NCBI GenBank assembly: GCA_013166775.1
Contig: JABLTJ010000024.1
Coordinates: 1-53,427, forward strand
DNA: 53,427 nucleotides
Source of the DNA: Promethearchaeati archaeon
GTDB lineage: Archaea > Asgardarchaeota > Heimdallarchaeia > Heimdallarchaeales > Heimdallarchaeaceae
Direction of reading: 5' to 3'
Part shown: piece by piece, positions 39,659 to 50,186 of the stretch
Layout of the letters: every line of letters starts with the position of its first letter
Position numbering within the stretch: the first letter of the stretch is position 1
Notes under the pieces: model-generated
What the model saw: only the letters and a program-made list of their open reading frames with translations
Database searches by the model: none
Told to the model about the DNA's origin: nothing
Made by a program: the position numbers and the translations under genes

Positions 39659-40033
39659 ATGTCAACCAAACTTCAAGCATGTTGGACAAGTGTAGGATAT
39701 ATTGATTCTCTCATTGGAGGATTTGTTCTTCTTGTACAGGGAATTCTAACTATCGTAGGACAAGGAAGCAATAATCTAGAAATTTATTTTGGTAGTTTGT
39801 CATTCTTAACTTATATCGAAGCGTGGATAAGTGGTCTAGTGATGATTCTTATTGGTTTTTTGGTATTAATCCTTGTGTGGGAATGGCTTCAACAAAGATT
39901 AAAAACAGGCTCTTTAGATAATTGGATTATTCTTGGAATACTTCTGATCATCTTAGGAATTGTCTCAGGAGGAGTAGGTGGAATATTTGTTCTTGTTGGA
40001 GGTATTTGTTATTTAATCGGTGGAATTAAATAA
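39659..40033 (+). CDS. Small Gly-rich membrane protein (tandem paralog 2)
   Basis: GYIDSLIGGFVLLVQG...GGVGGIFVLVGGI. Confidence 0.75.
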   Translation: MSTKLQACWTSVGYIDSLIGGFVLLVQGILTIVGQGSNNLEIYFGSLSFLTYIEAWISGLVMILIGFLVLILVWEWLQQRLKTGSLDNWIILGILLIILGIVSGGVGGIFVLVGGICYLIGGIK

Positions 40034-40295
40034 CAATTCTTTTTTACTTCGTAAAGAAAAAGAGATTTGTAATCTTTCATTACATAATTTCTCTCCTTTT
40101 TGGTAGGTTTAAGCCCTAATAATTGATATCGCTTCTTTTCCAGGAATGTTTAGAAGGAATACTAGACATAAAAGAGAATCAGTAAAATTTAATTGAGACT
40201 TTTCTGTTTTTTGTAAAGTTGAAAACTCTCCCACACATTTTTGTACAGCATAAAATCAGTATTCAATCTTTATGTGGATTGGTTCGAAACCAAAT

Positions 40296-41879
40296 TCAGA
40301 CTGGTGGAACAGATAGTGGATACCTATCTCTAACAAATCCACCACCATCAAGAATATAGTCATCTAATCCATCCCAATCTGACCAATAATTACCTTCTTC
40401 CAAAAGAATATCATACCAGAAGTTTCTAAGGTCAGGATAAGGGCTATCAAAACATTGAGCATTTTTATCAAGTGCATTATCTATGAATGAATTGTGATGT
40501 ATAATATAATAGAGCTGATCACTTATGAAAATTGCATAACCTATATTTTCTTCAAAATGATTGTAAGTTATCTTGAAAGAATCGCATTTTCTTGAAGTAG
40601 TTATAGCTTTTATGATGTTATAATTGATAGTGTTTCCAATTATATTACAATCGTTAGCATATTCAAAGAATAATCCAAGATAATTGGAATTTATCATATT
40701 ATTTTCTATTGAAATGTGGTTTGATCTAGTGAAAGATAATCCTTGGAGATTATTACTGATAGTATTATTGATAATAATATTATCATGACTTCTTTCAAAA
40801 TAGATTCCACATTTTAAATTGAAATTACATGTATTATTGATAATTTGAATGTTTTTGGTTTCTACAATATATAACCCATTAGATGCGTTATCTAAATTTT
40901 GATTCTGAATTATCACGTTCTTGCACAAAACTATTATTAATTGACCATACGTTGGTTCATTGATAGTAAGATTCTCTTCGTAAACAAATAATCCTATTTC
41001 CTGATCATTTACAAAATTGTTTTTTAAGGAATAAGTATCATAGAGTGGAAAATATCGTTCATCTATAGTCAAACCATTAGAAATAAAATTATTGTTAGTT
41101 AATGAACTATAAGGAGAATTAATTAGTAGAAATCCTTCCTTATTTATCTTGAATAAATTGTCAATGAAATTTGAAGATAATGCACTTTCTGCCGTTATAC
41201 CTATTTTATTTGAAGTAAAATTATTGTTTCCTATATCAAGTGCTTCAGTGTTGTAAAGTTCTAAACCAATTGTGCTATTAAAACATGAGTTATACTGAAA
41301 ATTGCATAGTTGAGAGGATTCAATCTTTGTACATGATCCTATTATATCAAAATAGCTGTCTTCTTCTAGACTATTAGAAAAATCATTTTTCATGATTGAA
41401 TTGTTAGATGATAAATAGATCTTTATGCCATAAGAAAAATCAGTAAAAATATTCTCTTCGATTATAATATCATTTGTTTTAATCAAATTAATACCTATTT
41501 CAGATGTAAATGTATTATTCTCAATAAGAGCGCTTCCAGGAGCTATTTTATAAATAAAAATCCCAACATTTTCTCTGTTCTCAAGAATACAATTCCTAAT
41601 GGTAAAAAATTTTGTTGTAAATCTTATATGAATAATGAACTGTTTTTCAGAGTTGAAATGAATATTTTCAATTAAATATGGGGATTCTTTTGTTCCTTTA
41701 CCTTTGAAATCATAAGCTCTAAAATCCTGATCACAATCTATGAAAATATCAGCGATTTCTGCTTTTGGTTTAATTAAGCTTTCACTCAGAAATATAAGAC
41801 CAATTGTTGTTGATACCACTAAAACGCTGATTAAAAAGTAATCAAAGATCTTTCTATTTAAGAACAAGGCATTTGTCAT
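40296..41879 (-). CDS. NosD-like beta-helix protein, N-terminal anchor
   Basis: FKGKGTKESPYLIEN, Asn-ladder repeats, EGNYWSD, DRYPL. Confidence 0.88.
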   Translation of the reverse strand: MTNALFLNRKIFDYFLISVLVVSTTIGLIFLSESLIKPKAEIADIFIDCDQDFRAYDFKGKGTKESPYLIENIHFNSEKQFIIHIRFTTKFFTIRNCILENRENVGIFIYKIAPGSALIENNTFTSEIGINLIKTNDIIIEENIFTDFSYGIKIYLSSNNSIMKNDFSNSLEEDSYFDIIGSCTKIESSQLCNFQYNSCFNSTIGLELYNTEALDIGNNNFTSNKIGITAESALSSNFIDNLFKINKEGFLLINSPYSSLTNNNFISNGLTIDERYFPLYDTYSLKNNFVNDQEIGLFVYEENLTINEPTYGQLIIVLCKNVIIQNQNLDNASNGLYIVETKNIQIINNTCNFNLKCGIYFERSHDNIIINNTISNNLQGLSFTRSNHISIENNMINSNYLGLFFEYANDCNIIGNTINYNIIKAITTSRKCDSFKITYNHFEENIGYAIFISDQLYYIIHHNSFIDNALDKNAQCFDSPYPDLRNFWYDILLEEGNYWSDWDGLDDYILDGGGFVRDRYPLSVPPV

Positions 41880-43015
41880 CTTTCCTTCCTCCTTTTTTTA
41901 AAGTAAAAAGTTATACTGATTATAGAGAAGGTTAAAAGAGCTGTTGTGAAGAGATAAGATGCTTCTTGAACACCAGGATGATCATATTCATCTAAAGGAT
42001 CAGTTCCTAAGAAAACTTCTTCTCCATCAAAATACCCATCTTCATCTGTGTCGTTTTTCAAAGGATTCGTATAATAATTATTTATCTCTTCTCTGTCAGT
42101 TAAATCATCATGATCCGTATCACTAGTTTGATGACTTGTTCCGTAGAAAGTGATTTCTTTATAATCATCTAACATATCACCATCAAGATCTCTATAAGGA
42201 AATGGATCCTGGGAATATGATTGGCCATCAAGAAAATAACCTCCTCTTCCACTCCAATCTTCCCAATAATTTCCTTCTAATTTGATTATATCAAACCAGC
42301 TGTTATTATAGCCGTTATCAGAGGATTGTGGCCATGCATAATAGGGAGCAGCATGATATATTTTACAATTATTTATTACAAAGAAGTTATGATGAATATT
42401 ATTATTATTTGAGTTATTATTCAGAAAGATTCCATGTAATCTACTCCAATAAATCATATTGTAACTGATTATACAGTTATCAGATTCAACTAATTTTATC
42501 CCATAATATATTGAAGTGTTACAGTGATTATTTTGAATTGTAATGCTGTTAGTTCTGTTAATCACCATAGCATTGTTACAATTGTAGATTGTATTATTGT
42601 GGATAAAACCTGTTTCCTCACCTATTTTCGAAATTTGAATGCCCGTTTTAAGATTATTAATGAAACAATTACGAATTACAAAATACTTTGTAGTATTTTC
42701 TATGAAAATTCCAGGAAGATCTACTTCATTTTCTATTTCTAAGTTTTCAATAATATATGGATTCGAATCCATTCCAAGACCTTGGAAACCATAAGTAATG
42801 AAATCTTCATCTTGTGTTATAGCTATAGGAAAAGAGAAAGTCATCAAATTTGATGTTTCAATGTTGTTCTCTTCTAGTATGGATGTGTTAAAAGTCGTAC
42901 ATCCAATGATAGTAAGTAATAATATAATAATTAGAGAAAGAGGTTTTTTTCGTAATTTCGTCCACATAAGTGAATAAAATGCTTGCACACTTATAAGATT
43001 AATAGAAATATTCAA
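41876..43015 (-). CDS. NosD-like beta-helix protein with TSP3-like Ca-binding repeats
   Basis: NPYIIEN, EGNYWED, then DLDGDMLDD / DTDHDDLTD / DTDEDGYFDGEE, C-terminal TM. Confidence 0.85.
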   Translation of the reverse strand: MNISINLISVQAFYSLMWTKLRKKPLSLIIILLLTIIGCTTFNTSILEENNIETSNLMTFSFPIAITQDEDFITYGFQGLGMDSNPYIIENLEIENEVDLPGIFIENTTKYFVIRNCFINNLKTGIQISKIGEETGFIHNNTIYNCNNAMVINRTNSITIQNNHCNTSIYYGIKLVESDNCIISYNMIYWSRLHGIFLNNNSNNNNIHHNFFVINNCKIYHAAPYYAWPQSSDNGYNNSWFDIIKLEGNYWEDWSGRGGYFLDGQSYSQDPFPYRDLDGDMLDDYKEITFYGTSHQTSDTDHDDLTDREEINNYYTNPLKNDTDEDGYFDGEEVFLGTDPLDEYDHPGVQEASYLFTTALLTFSIISITFYFKKRRKER

Positions 43016-43038
43016 ATCCTTTCTTTCTCAGCTTTTCT

Positions 43039-45465
43039 TTAGTCATAAATAAAGATTTTATCTACAAACTGACTCAATGTAATTCTAGATGATGTATCTA
43101 AGGATTGATTTTCCAACTCCACGGATTTTAGGATGTCCCACACTTGAGATGTTTGTTGAACAAGAGATGAAAATTCTTTTAGTTTTTTGATACCATTATA
43201 TGATTTACCAATAAATGCATAGCAGATAACGATTGTATCTAGCTGTTTTAGAAGATATGTAAAATCTTGATGAACCAATCTTTCTATTTTACTTTCTGAT
43301 GTTTCCTCAACCTCTCTTGAAGCAATCTTCTTGGAAAATTGATTTATTATATCTTTGTTAATTTCAGTTTTGAATTGCTCCACAAAAAGTATAGAACCTG
43401 CTTGATTTGAAATAACAAAAAAGCATGGATCTTCTTCTTCTACTATTGAATCTCCTACTAAAATCCCTTTTCGTTTTATCATTTCCTCTAAAGCAGATTC
43501 AATATGAGTCAGACCCATAATCTCAGCAATTGCAGGCAACCGTTGAGTGAAATTTTCCCAATCTTCGAGTTTCTCCAATAATAAATCATGCTCATTTGAA
43601 ATCTTCAAAGCTAAGAGTTCAATTCCTTTTTCTTCAGCAAGAGATTGAGCATCATCAAACAAAGCCCTTGCTTTAGAAACATCTAATTCAAGCAATGCAA
43701 TTTGGGCTTGGAATCTATAAGATTGAATGAGAAGAGGATAAGTTAGCTCAGAAACACTGATTTCTTGTAGTTTTTCAATGAGTAGATTTAGTTCATTAAG
43801 GAGAGAATCATTATTTGATATTTTTAATTCAGCTATATAACACTCACATAAATTCAAAATAGTTACTATTCGATAATTGAAATCCAAACTTTCTTTTGAG
43901 AGAATATTTTGGAGTATTGTTGTTGCATCTCTAATTTTGGAAATTTCCTTATTTGCTTTTAGATAAAGTGCATGAGAAAGCTGAAATACTATTTGTACTT
44001 TTTCAAAAGAAACTCTTTCTGAATAGTTTTGGAATTTTTCTAAGTAATTTTTCGCTTCTTTCAATTCTTTCATTTCTATATAATTTGATATAATGCCAAA
44101 ATACTCTATATCCAATCCCACATCTGGTCCTTTTTCAAATCCAATTTGTAATGATCTTAGAAAATGGTTTAACGAGATACGATTGTCACCCTTCATTTGA
44201 AAAACTTCAGCTACGTTACATAGGTTCGTTCGTAGCCCTACAGTATCTTCAGGATATTCTTTTTCACAAGTGTTCAAGCTTATTAAAAATTGATCTAACG
44301 CACCTTCTAAATCACCTTTGTTAAGTAAAATTCTCCCTAAATGATTTCTAGCCCAAGTTAAAATTACTTTACTATCGCTTCTATTTCTGAAGAAATTAAT
44401 ATTTTCTTCCAGGAACTTATGTGCTCTATTAAGTTCTCCTTTTAAGATAAATAGATTAACAAGTGCGTTTAATATCCCACGATATCTTCGTTCAGTTTCT
44501 ATTTCCTTTGCAATTGCAAGGGCTTCATACAGAATAGATAACGCTTTATCATAATCTAACTCTAATTGATAGATTTGTGCTATATTATGAAGCGTAATTA
44601 CTTGCATAGCTTTGTTTCCAGATTCTTTGTAAAAATTCAAGCTGATTTCGAAATGCTTGGTTGCAATCTCAGGTTCATTCTTCATACTCAATGCAATTCC
44701 ATAACTGTGATGAATCCCTTCTGTAATGCTTTTGTAGCCAATTTCTTTTCCAATTTGCTTTGCTTTATCAAGATATTGTATACCAAGATCAGGATTGGTA
44801 AACGCATAAAATTCTCCTAAAAAACCAATGGAATCTGCTAACACTTCTTTGAACTGATTTCTTTCAGATATTTCTATTGCTTTTTCTATTTGTTTCAATG
44901 ATTCTACTGTATTGCCCGTATTTACTAAGAATTTAGCCATTTGACGTAAAGCTAGTGCTTTTCCATACTCATAGTTATAATCATCACATAAGCTAAGAAC
45001 ATGTTTTGTGAGTGTATATTCTCCCTCTGAATCTCCATGGAGATTCCTTATTATAAGAGCTTTTTGTAGCAATATCAATACTTCTCTTTGAGCTATATCA
45101 GAGTACAAATCAGTTTTTATTTTGTCTATAATTTCATTTGCATCTTCATTTAGTTTAAATGCTTCTTTATGTTTACCTAAAAATCGGATGTTGCTTGTTT
45201 TAAGATAGAGAAGATCAAGTTTATGGATTTCAGTTCCAAATTCAAAAACATCTTCCCAAATTTCTTCCAGAATGCCGATTGCATGATGGTGTTGACTGAG
45301 ATAAGTAAGGGCCCTACACTTTAGAATTTGGTAAGTGAAACCTAACTGTTTTGAGAGATTGGTGGAAGTTAATACATTTTTGATTCTTTCTAAAACTAAG
45401 AGACTTTCTCCTTTGTTCAGAAGTTCTTCTAGTTCATAAGGAGATTCAGTTTTGGAATTTTTCAT
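43039..45465 (-). CDS. Tetratricopeptide-repeat protein with C-terminal longin-like domain
   Basis: TPR units (LHNIAQIY...YDKAL; NHLGRILLNKGDLEGAL); C-terminal FFVISNQAGSILFVEQF...CYAFIG. Confidence 0.8.
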   Translation of the reverse strand: MKNSKTESPYELEELLNKGESLLVLERIKNVLTSTNLSKQLGFTYQILKCRALTYLSQHHHAIGILEEIWEDVFEFGTEIHKLDLLYLKTSNIRFLGKHKEAFKLNEDANEIIDKIKTDLYSDIAQREVLILLQKALIIRNLHGDSEGEYTLTKHVLSLCDDYNYEYGKALALRQMAKFLVNTGNTVESLKQIEKAIEISERNQFKEVLADSIGFLGEFYAFTNPDLGIQYLDKAKQIGKEIGYKSITEGIHHSYGIALSMKNEPEIATKHFEISLNFYKESGNKAMQVITLHNIAQIYQLELDYDKALSILYEALAIAKEIETERRYRGILNALVNLFILKGELNRAHKFLEENINFFRNRSDSKVILTWARNHLGRILLNKGDLEGALDQFLISLNTCEKEYPEDTVGLRTNLCNVAEVFQMKGDNRISLNHFLRSLQIGFEKGPDVGLDIEYFGIISNYIEMKELKEAKNYLEKFQNYSERVSFEKVQIVFQLSHALYLKANKEISKIRDATTILQNILSKESLDFNYRIVTILNLCECYIAELKISNNDSLLNELNLLIEKLQEISVSELTYPLLIQSYRFQAQIALLELDVSKARALFDDAQSLAEEKGIELLALKISNEHDLLLEKLEDWENFTQRLPAIAEIMGLTHIESALEEMIKRKGILVGDSIVEEEDPCFFVISNQAGSILFVEQFKTEINKDIINQFSKKIASREVEETSESKIERLVHQDFTYLLKQLDTIVICYAFIGKSYNGIKKLKEFSSLVQQTSQVWDILKSVELENQSLDTSSRITLSQFVDKIFIYD

Positions 45466-45565
45466 TCATAAATTCTCCTGAAACAAGAAAATATGATCAA
45501 TTTATTTTTAATACTTTTCTAGTTTATACACTTTTTGTTCATTTACATTTAGAAGAGAAAAAAAG

Positions 45566-45991
45566 CTAAGTTGCTGTTTCTTGAGTATCAGATTCCTTTA
45601 AAACCTCCTTTTCTGGAATCTTAATTTCTTTTGGAGTAGTCAAAACAATTTTTTCAATTTGTTTTTCTTTTATTCCAAGTTTCTGAAGAGTCTTAGTATA
45701 CTCATCAGATAAGAAGAACTTCTTTAAAATTGCCCAATTAGTAGTTACAATCACAGGTAATCTATCTATACCAGTAGCACAGTCATGTTCATCATCTGCT
45801 AGATTTTCCTTCTTATCAATCTCTCCACATAACAAACAAATCTTCCGTCTTGCAGATCTATCATAGAGTTTATCCACTGTCTGACTATAGAGGATGAATC
45901 CTGTGCTGATTGAGGATTCTAGAAGATCGATTGCTAATCTTTTAGCTCTATAGCGTATTTGCTTCTTTTCAGAATCTTTCACATCTGGCAA
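45566..45991 (-). CDS. Hypothetical protein with CxxC...HxC putative zinc site
   Basis: ICLLCGE...EHDC; TTG start. Confidence 0.6.
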   Translation of the reverse strand: MPDVKDSEKKQIRYRAKRLAIDLLESSISTGFILYSQTVDKLYDRSARRKICLLCGEIDKKENLADDEHDCATGIDRLPVIVTTNWAILKKFFLSDEYTKTLQKLGIKEKQIEKIVLTTPKEIKIPEKEVLKESDTQETAT

Positions 45992-46281
45992 TAGAATTCA
46001 ACTCTCTTTTACTAGCTTATTATGTGCAATATTCCAACTAAATGAGATTATATAAAGTTTTGTTCCTAACTCAGAATTGCTTCTTTTTGCAGTCATACTA
46101 TCTTGCTTTTTATTTCAATTTTCACAGCTAATTTACTTCAATTCGAGAAAAAAGGCAGATATTAACAAACCTACAATAAGAACAGAGACCATATTACTGC
46201 AAAATGAGGTAATAATTTCCTCATTATTAAATTATATATATTGTTGCAATTAGCAGTAATATAAAAAAGGTAGGTGATATA

Positions 46282-47325
46282 ATGATAAATAAAAAAAAGA
46301 ACAGATATAACTGGCTTTGGATATTGTTTCTTTTAGTTTCAATATGTATGGGATACTTATTAACAAATGTTCAAGCAGAAAACATTGACATTAAGACTCC
46401 AAATCTTCAACTAACAACACATGAAGAGATATCTATAGAATCTGACCAAGATTTTATTGATTTGGGTTTTTCTGGTGATGGTACTGAATTGAATCCATAT
46501 CTTATAGAAAATCTTGAGATTAAAGTTTCTGGAATTGTTGATGCTATTCTAATTAAGAACACTACAAAATATTTTACTATTCAGAATTGTGTGATATCCG
46601 GTGGTCAAATTGGTATTGCTTTGGAAGATATAGAATCTGGAACTGCAAAGATTATAAACAACAATTGCTCTAAAAATGCCCTGTATGGTATATCTTTAGT
46701 TAACGTTTCAGACGTTACTATAGAAGGTTCAACAACAAATAATAATGGGAATACAGGTATTCGGATAAGAGATTGCACAAATCTAGTCATTAATGGAACA
46801 CTTTGTGACAGCCCATATGGAACAGGGATTTTGGCTTTTGATTCAATAAATCTTGATATTACTGAAAACAATATCAGCTCATGTTTGATGAATGGAATTA
46901 CATTCCAGAATGTTACTGATGCTACAATTCACAGAAATATAGTCGAAGGTGCTTGGTATAATGCAGTGGAATTCAATCCTAGTTCTTCTGAAAACAAAGT
47001 TCATCATAACGACTTTATAGACAATCATCTTGGGGAAGATTCACAAGGATATGATCTAAATGGAAACAATCTTTGGTATGATGAAGGATTGCAAAAAGGA
47101 AATTATTGGAGTAACTATGACGGAGAAGGAACTTACAGGATAGATGGTAGTGATGTTTATGATCTTTACCCTCTTCTAGAAAGAGTATTCAAAGATGATG
47201 ATGGAGAAGATGGAGAGGAAGGAGATAATGGTACCACGGATGAATCATATTTCGCGTTACTTTCCTCTATTATCAGTATTCTTTCGCTAGTAATTATCTA
47301 TTATAGATTTAGGAAAAGAATCTAA
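46282..47325 (+). CDS. NosD-like beta-helix surface protein
   Basis: Signal peptide, FSGDGTELNPYLIEN, GNYWSN, DLYPL, acidic linker, TM plus RKR. Confidence 0.88.
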   Translation: MINKKKNRYNWLWILFLLVSICMGYLLTNVQAENIDIKTPNLQLTTHEEISIESDQDFIDLGFSGDGTELNPYLIENLEIKVSGIVDAILIKNTTKYFTIQNCVISGGQIGIALEDIESGTAKIINNNCSKNALYGISLVNVSDVTIEGSTTNNNGNTGIRIRDCTNLVINGTLCDSPYGTGILAFDSINLDITENNISSCLMNGITFQNVTDATIHRNIVEGAWYNAVEFNPSSSENKVHHNDFIDNHLGEDSQGYDLNGNNLWYDEGLQKGNYWSNYDGEGTYRIDGSDVYDLYPLLERVFKDDDGEDGEEGDNGTTDESYFALLSSIISILSLVIIYYRFRKRI

Positions 47326-47405
47326 CTTCTTCTTCCTTTCCTTTTTTCACCTTTTTTCATCAAAAATTCTTATAAGTATTCTAAATTCCGTCAAGTACGT
47401 AGATT

Positions 47406-48329
47406 ATGAATCATATAACCTTCGCTTTCGCTTCAAATGGTACAAACCCAGAAACTTTCATTCTAGTTGAAAGTATTCGCAAATTTGCAGGAATATTTTC
47501 TGAATCACCAATTTGGTTAATAACAACAAAAGCAGAGGAAGAAATCCCAATAAGGTGTAGAGCCCAATTGAAAATGTATGATGTGAAAATCATTCATTTT
47601 GAGCTAGATTCTGAAATCTTACAGTTCCCTTTTACAGAGAGTACTTTTGCCGCGTCTACCGCAGAATCATTTGCGATAGGAAAAACAAAATTCTTAGTTT
47701 GGTTAGGAACTAATTCATTAATAATTAATGAACCACGAGAATTTCTTTTAAAAACGGAGAAGAATCTAGGTTGTAGACCTGTTCACCACACACTTATCGG
47801 TTCGTTATATTACCAACCAATTGATGAGTTTTGGGAATTAATATACAGTAAATGTGAAGTTCCTGAAGAAAGGATTTTCCCCATGCAAACTCATGTAGAC
47901 GGAAATGTTCTGCGACCATATTTTAACTCGGGATTCTTAATCGTAAGACCAGAAAGAAAATTTTTAGATACTTGGTGGAAAAGATATAAGGAAATATACA
48001 AAGATCCTGATTTCAAAAAGTTTTATGATAGAAATAGTTTATATGTAACATTTATACACCAAGCTGTTTTATCAGCAGAAATTCTCTCCAATTTCAAAAA
48101 GGAAGAACTTGAAATTTTACCTTTTAATTATTGCTATCCTATCAATCTATATGAGGAAAGTTTACCAGAATTCAGACCACAAAATACAAATGAGTTGATT
48201 ACAGCAAGATACTATTTAGAAAAATTATTGAAACAAGAAGGATTTAAACAAATCCCATTTCATGAGCCATTTAAGAGTTGGTTTAAAAAGAAACTCGAAT
48301 TTATTAAAGAAGAGAAATTCTTTAGATAG
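47406..48329 (+). CDS. Hypothetical protein, GT8-like glycosyltransferase fold
   Basis: LVESIRKFAG, YFNSGFLIV, HQAVLS, LPFNYCYP; the expected DxD reads GTN. Confidence 0.5.
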   Translation: MNHITFAFASNGTNPETFILVESIRKFAGIFSESPIWLITTKAEEEIPIRCRAQLKMYDVKIIHFELDSEILQFPFTESTFAASTAESFAIGKTKFLVWLGTNSLIINEPREFLLKTEKNLGCRPVHHTLIGSLYYQPIDEFWELIYSKCEVPEERIFPMQTHVDGNVLRPYFNSGFLIVRPERKFLDTWWKRYKEIYKDPDFKKFYDRNSLYVTFIHQAVLSAEILSNFKKEELEILPFNYCYPINLYEESLPEFRPQNTNELITARYYLEKLLKQEGFKQIPFHEPFKSWFKKKLEFIKEEKFFR

Positions 48330-48422
48330 AGTGAAAATAATTGAATTTCTGTTATTCTAGCACACACTCAATTTTTTGTTTAAGCAAATAACTTAAATAT
48401 ATTCATTTAATAATCGTACTTT

Positions 48423-49259
48423 ATGACATCAAATGAAGAAATTTCGGTTTTAGATGATGGTTCAACATCACCAATTAGCTTTAGATATTTAAGAAAATTC
48501 AATCTAACTATGGCAATTTTGCATTTTGTGCAAGGTATTGCTATGATAATACTAGGTTTTGTGCAACCAACACTCAAAGCATTTGAGATACCTGTATGGA
48601 CAATGTACAATGATTTTGTAGAAGTTGCTCCAGGTACAGTAATTCCACAAACAGTTTCTGAGCAATTGGGAATTTTCAAATATGTTGGTCCAACAGTAGG
48701 ATCATTCTTACTATTATCTGCAATTGCACACGCTTTAATTGCAGGACCTTTATTTGGATACTATGTCAAGAATTTGAAAAAGAAGATGAATCCAATTCGT
48801 TGGTTCGAATATGCATTATCTAGTTCAATTATGGTTTCTTTTATTGCTTTACTTTTTGGAGTAAGAGAAGTATGGGTATTAGTACTCATCTTCGGGGCAA
48901 ATGCTCTAATGAATCTATTTGGACACGTAATGGAAGTTCATAATCAGACAACAGAAAAGACGAACTGGTTAGCATACATCTATGGTTGGATTGCAGGTAT
49001 GCTACCTTGGTTAGTAATATCATTCTACTTTGGTAGAGCTGCTTCTGATGCAGAAGGAATGCCTTGGTTTGTACCAGTTATTTACGTAATTCAGTTCTTG
49101 CTGTTCATGTCCTTTGCATTCAATATGCTGTTACAATACAAACAAGTAGGAAAATGGAAAGATTATCTTTATGGTGAAAGAGTATATCAGATTCTAAGTC
49201 TAGTTGCTAAAACTCTACTTGCATGGTTAGTATTTGCAGGAGCTCTTCAACCAGGATAA
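48423..49259 (+). CDS. Heliorhodopsin
   Basis: LRKFN...LHFVQG, AHAL, NPIRWFEYALSSSIM (counterion Glu), MNLFG..ME, Y.YGERVYQILSLVAK (retinal Lys). Confidence 0.95.
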   Translation: MTSNEEISVLDDGSTSPISFRYLRKFNLTMAILHFVQGIAMIILGFVQPTLKAFEIPVWTMYNDFVEVAPGTVIPQTVSEQLGIFKYVGPTVGSFLLLSAIAHALIAGPLFGYYVKNLKKKMNPIRWFEYALSSSIMVSFIALLFGVREVWVLVLIFGANALMNLFGHVMEVHNQTTEKTNWLAYIYGWIAGMLPWLVISFYFGRAASDAEGMPWFVPVIYVIQFLLFMSFAFNMLLQYKQVGKWKDYLYGERVYQILSLVAKTLLAWLVFAGALQPG

Positions 49260-49365
49260 AAATTCCCTTTTTTTTCTTTTTCTTTTATATTATTTTCTAA
49301 ATAATAATATTTAAACAGAAGTGTTCATAAGTGTTTAAACTTCTAAAGAAAAAGGTTGAAAAGAT

Positions 49366-50163
49366 ATGTATATTGATACGCATTTACATTTAGATGAACC
49401 TTGGTTGACAGATGAAAAACTACGTCAGAAAACGATTCAGGATATTACAGAAAATAAAATTGTCACATGGGCTCAAGCTTGCGATCTATCTGGATATCAG
49501 AAAATAATTGAATGGTCAAAAATGTCAGAATACATTTTTCCTTCTTTTGGAATTTTACCTTGGTATGCTAATGAATGGATGGATAAATTGGACGAAGTAG
49601 CTCGATATTGTGAAGATGCTATAATGTTTGGAGAAATAGGATTAGATGAAGGAAGTAGCAGAAATACAGCAAGTAAAAAAGAACAGGAAGCGTTATTTGA
49701 AGTATTTCTTGAAGTAGCCGAGAAAAACAACATGATAATGAATTGTCACTTTCGGGGAGGATTAGAGGAGAGAGGTTTGGAACTCTTGAATAGTTATGAG
49801 ATAAAGAAAGGTATATTTCATCATTATTCAGGTCCACCGAAAATGATTGAGAAGATAAACGATAATGGACATTATATCTCCTATGGTTCCTCAAAATATG
49901 TTAATATCTCAAAAGCATTGAAGGGATATCTAGCAAAAAGAGTTCCCAAAGTTAATGATGATTTCTTGATAATAGAGATTGATGTGCTTCATCGAGAAGA
50001 AGATTATAAACCTCCTTCTGCTGTAATTCCAAAGATTCTTGAAGTGTTAGCGGAAGCAAAAAAAACAACTTCTGAAGAAATCGAAACTATGAATCAAAGA
50101 AATGTTCTAAGAATGATAGGTGATGATCCAAAACTAAAGGAAATGAGGGATTTGCTAAGTTAA
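49366..50163 (+). CDS. TatD-family metallohydrolase/nuclease
   Basis: DTHLHL, GEIGLD, CHFR, FHHYSG, EID. Confidence 0.85.
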   Translation: MYIDTHLHLDEPWLTDEKLRQKTIQDITENKIVTWAQACDLSGYQKIIEWSKMSEYIFPSFGILPWYANEWMDKLDEVARYCEDAIMFGEIGLDEGSSRNTASKKEQEALFEVFLEVAEKNNMIMNCHFRGGLEERGLELLNSYEIKKGIFHHYSGPPKMIEKINDNGHYISYGSSKYVNISKALKGYLAKRVPKVNDDFLIIEIDVLHREEDYKPPSAVIPKILEVLAEAKKTTSEEIETMNQRNVLRMIGDDPKLKEMRDLLS

Positions 50164-50186
50164 GAAAGTTAATCTCCCTCTTTTTT

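Noticed and set aside
40279-40293. TTGG-TTCGAAA-CCAA hairpin resembling a tRNA T-arm
   Set aside because: Flanking sequence is AT-rich and cannot form acceptor, D or anticodon arms; more likely a chance or terminator hairpin.
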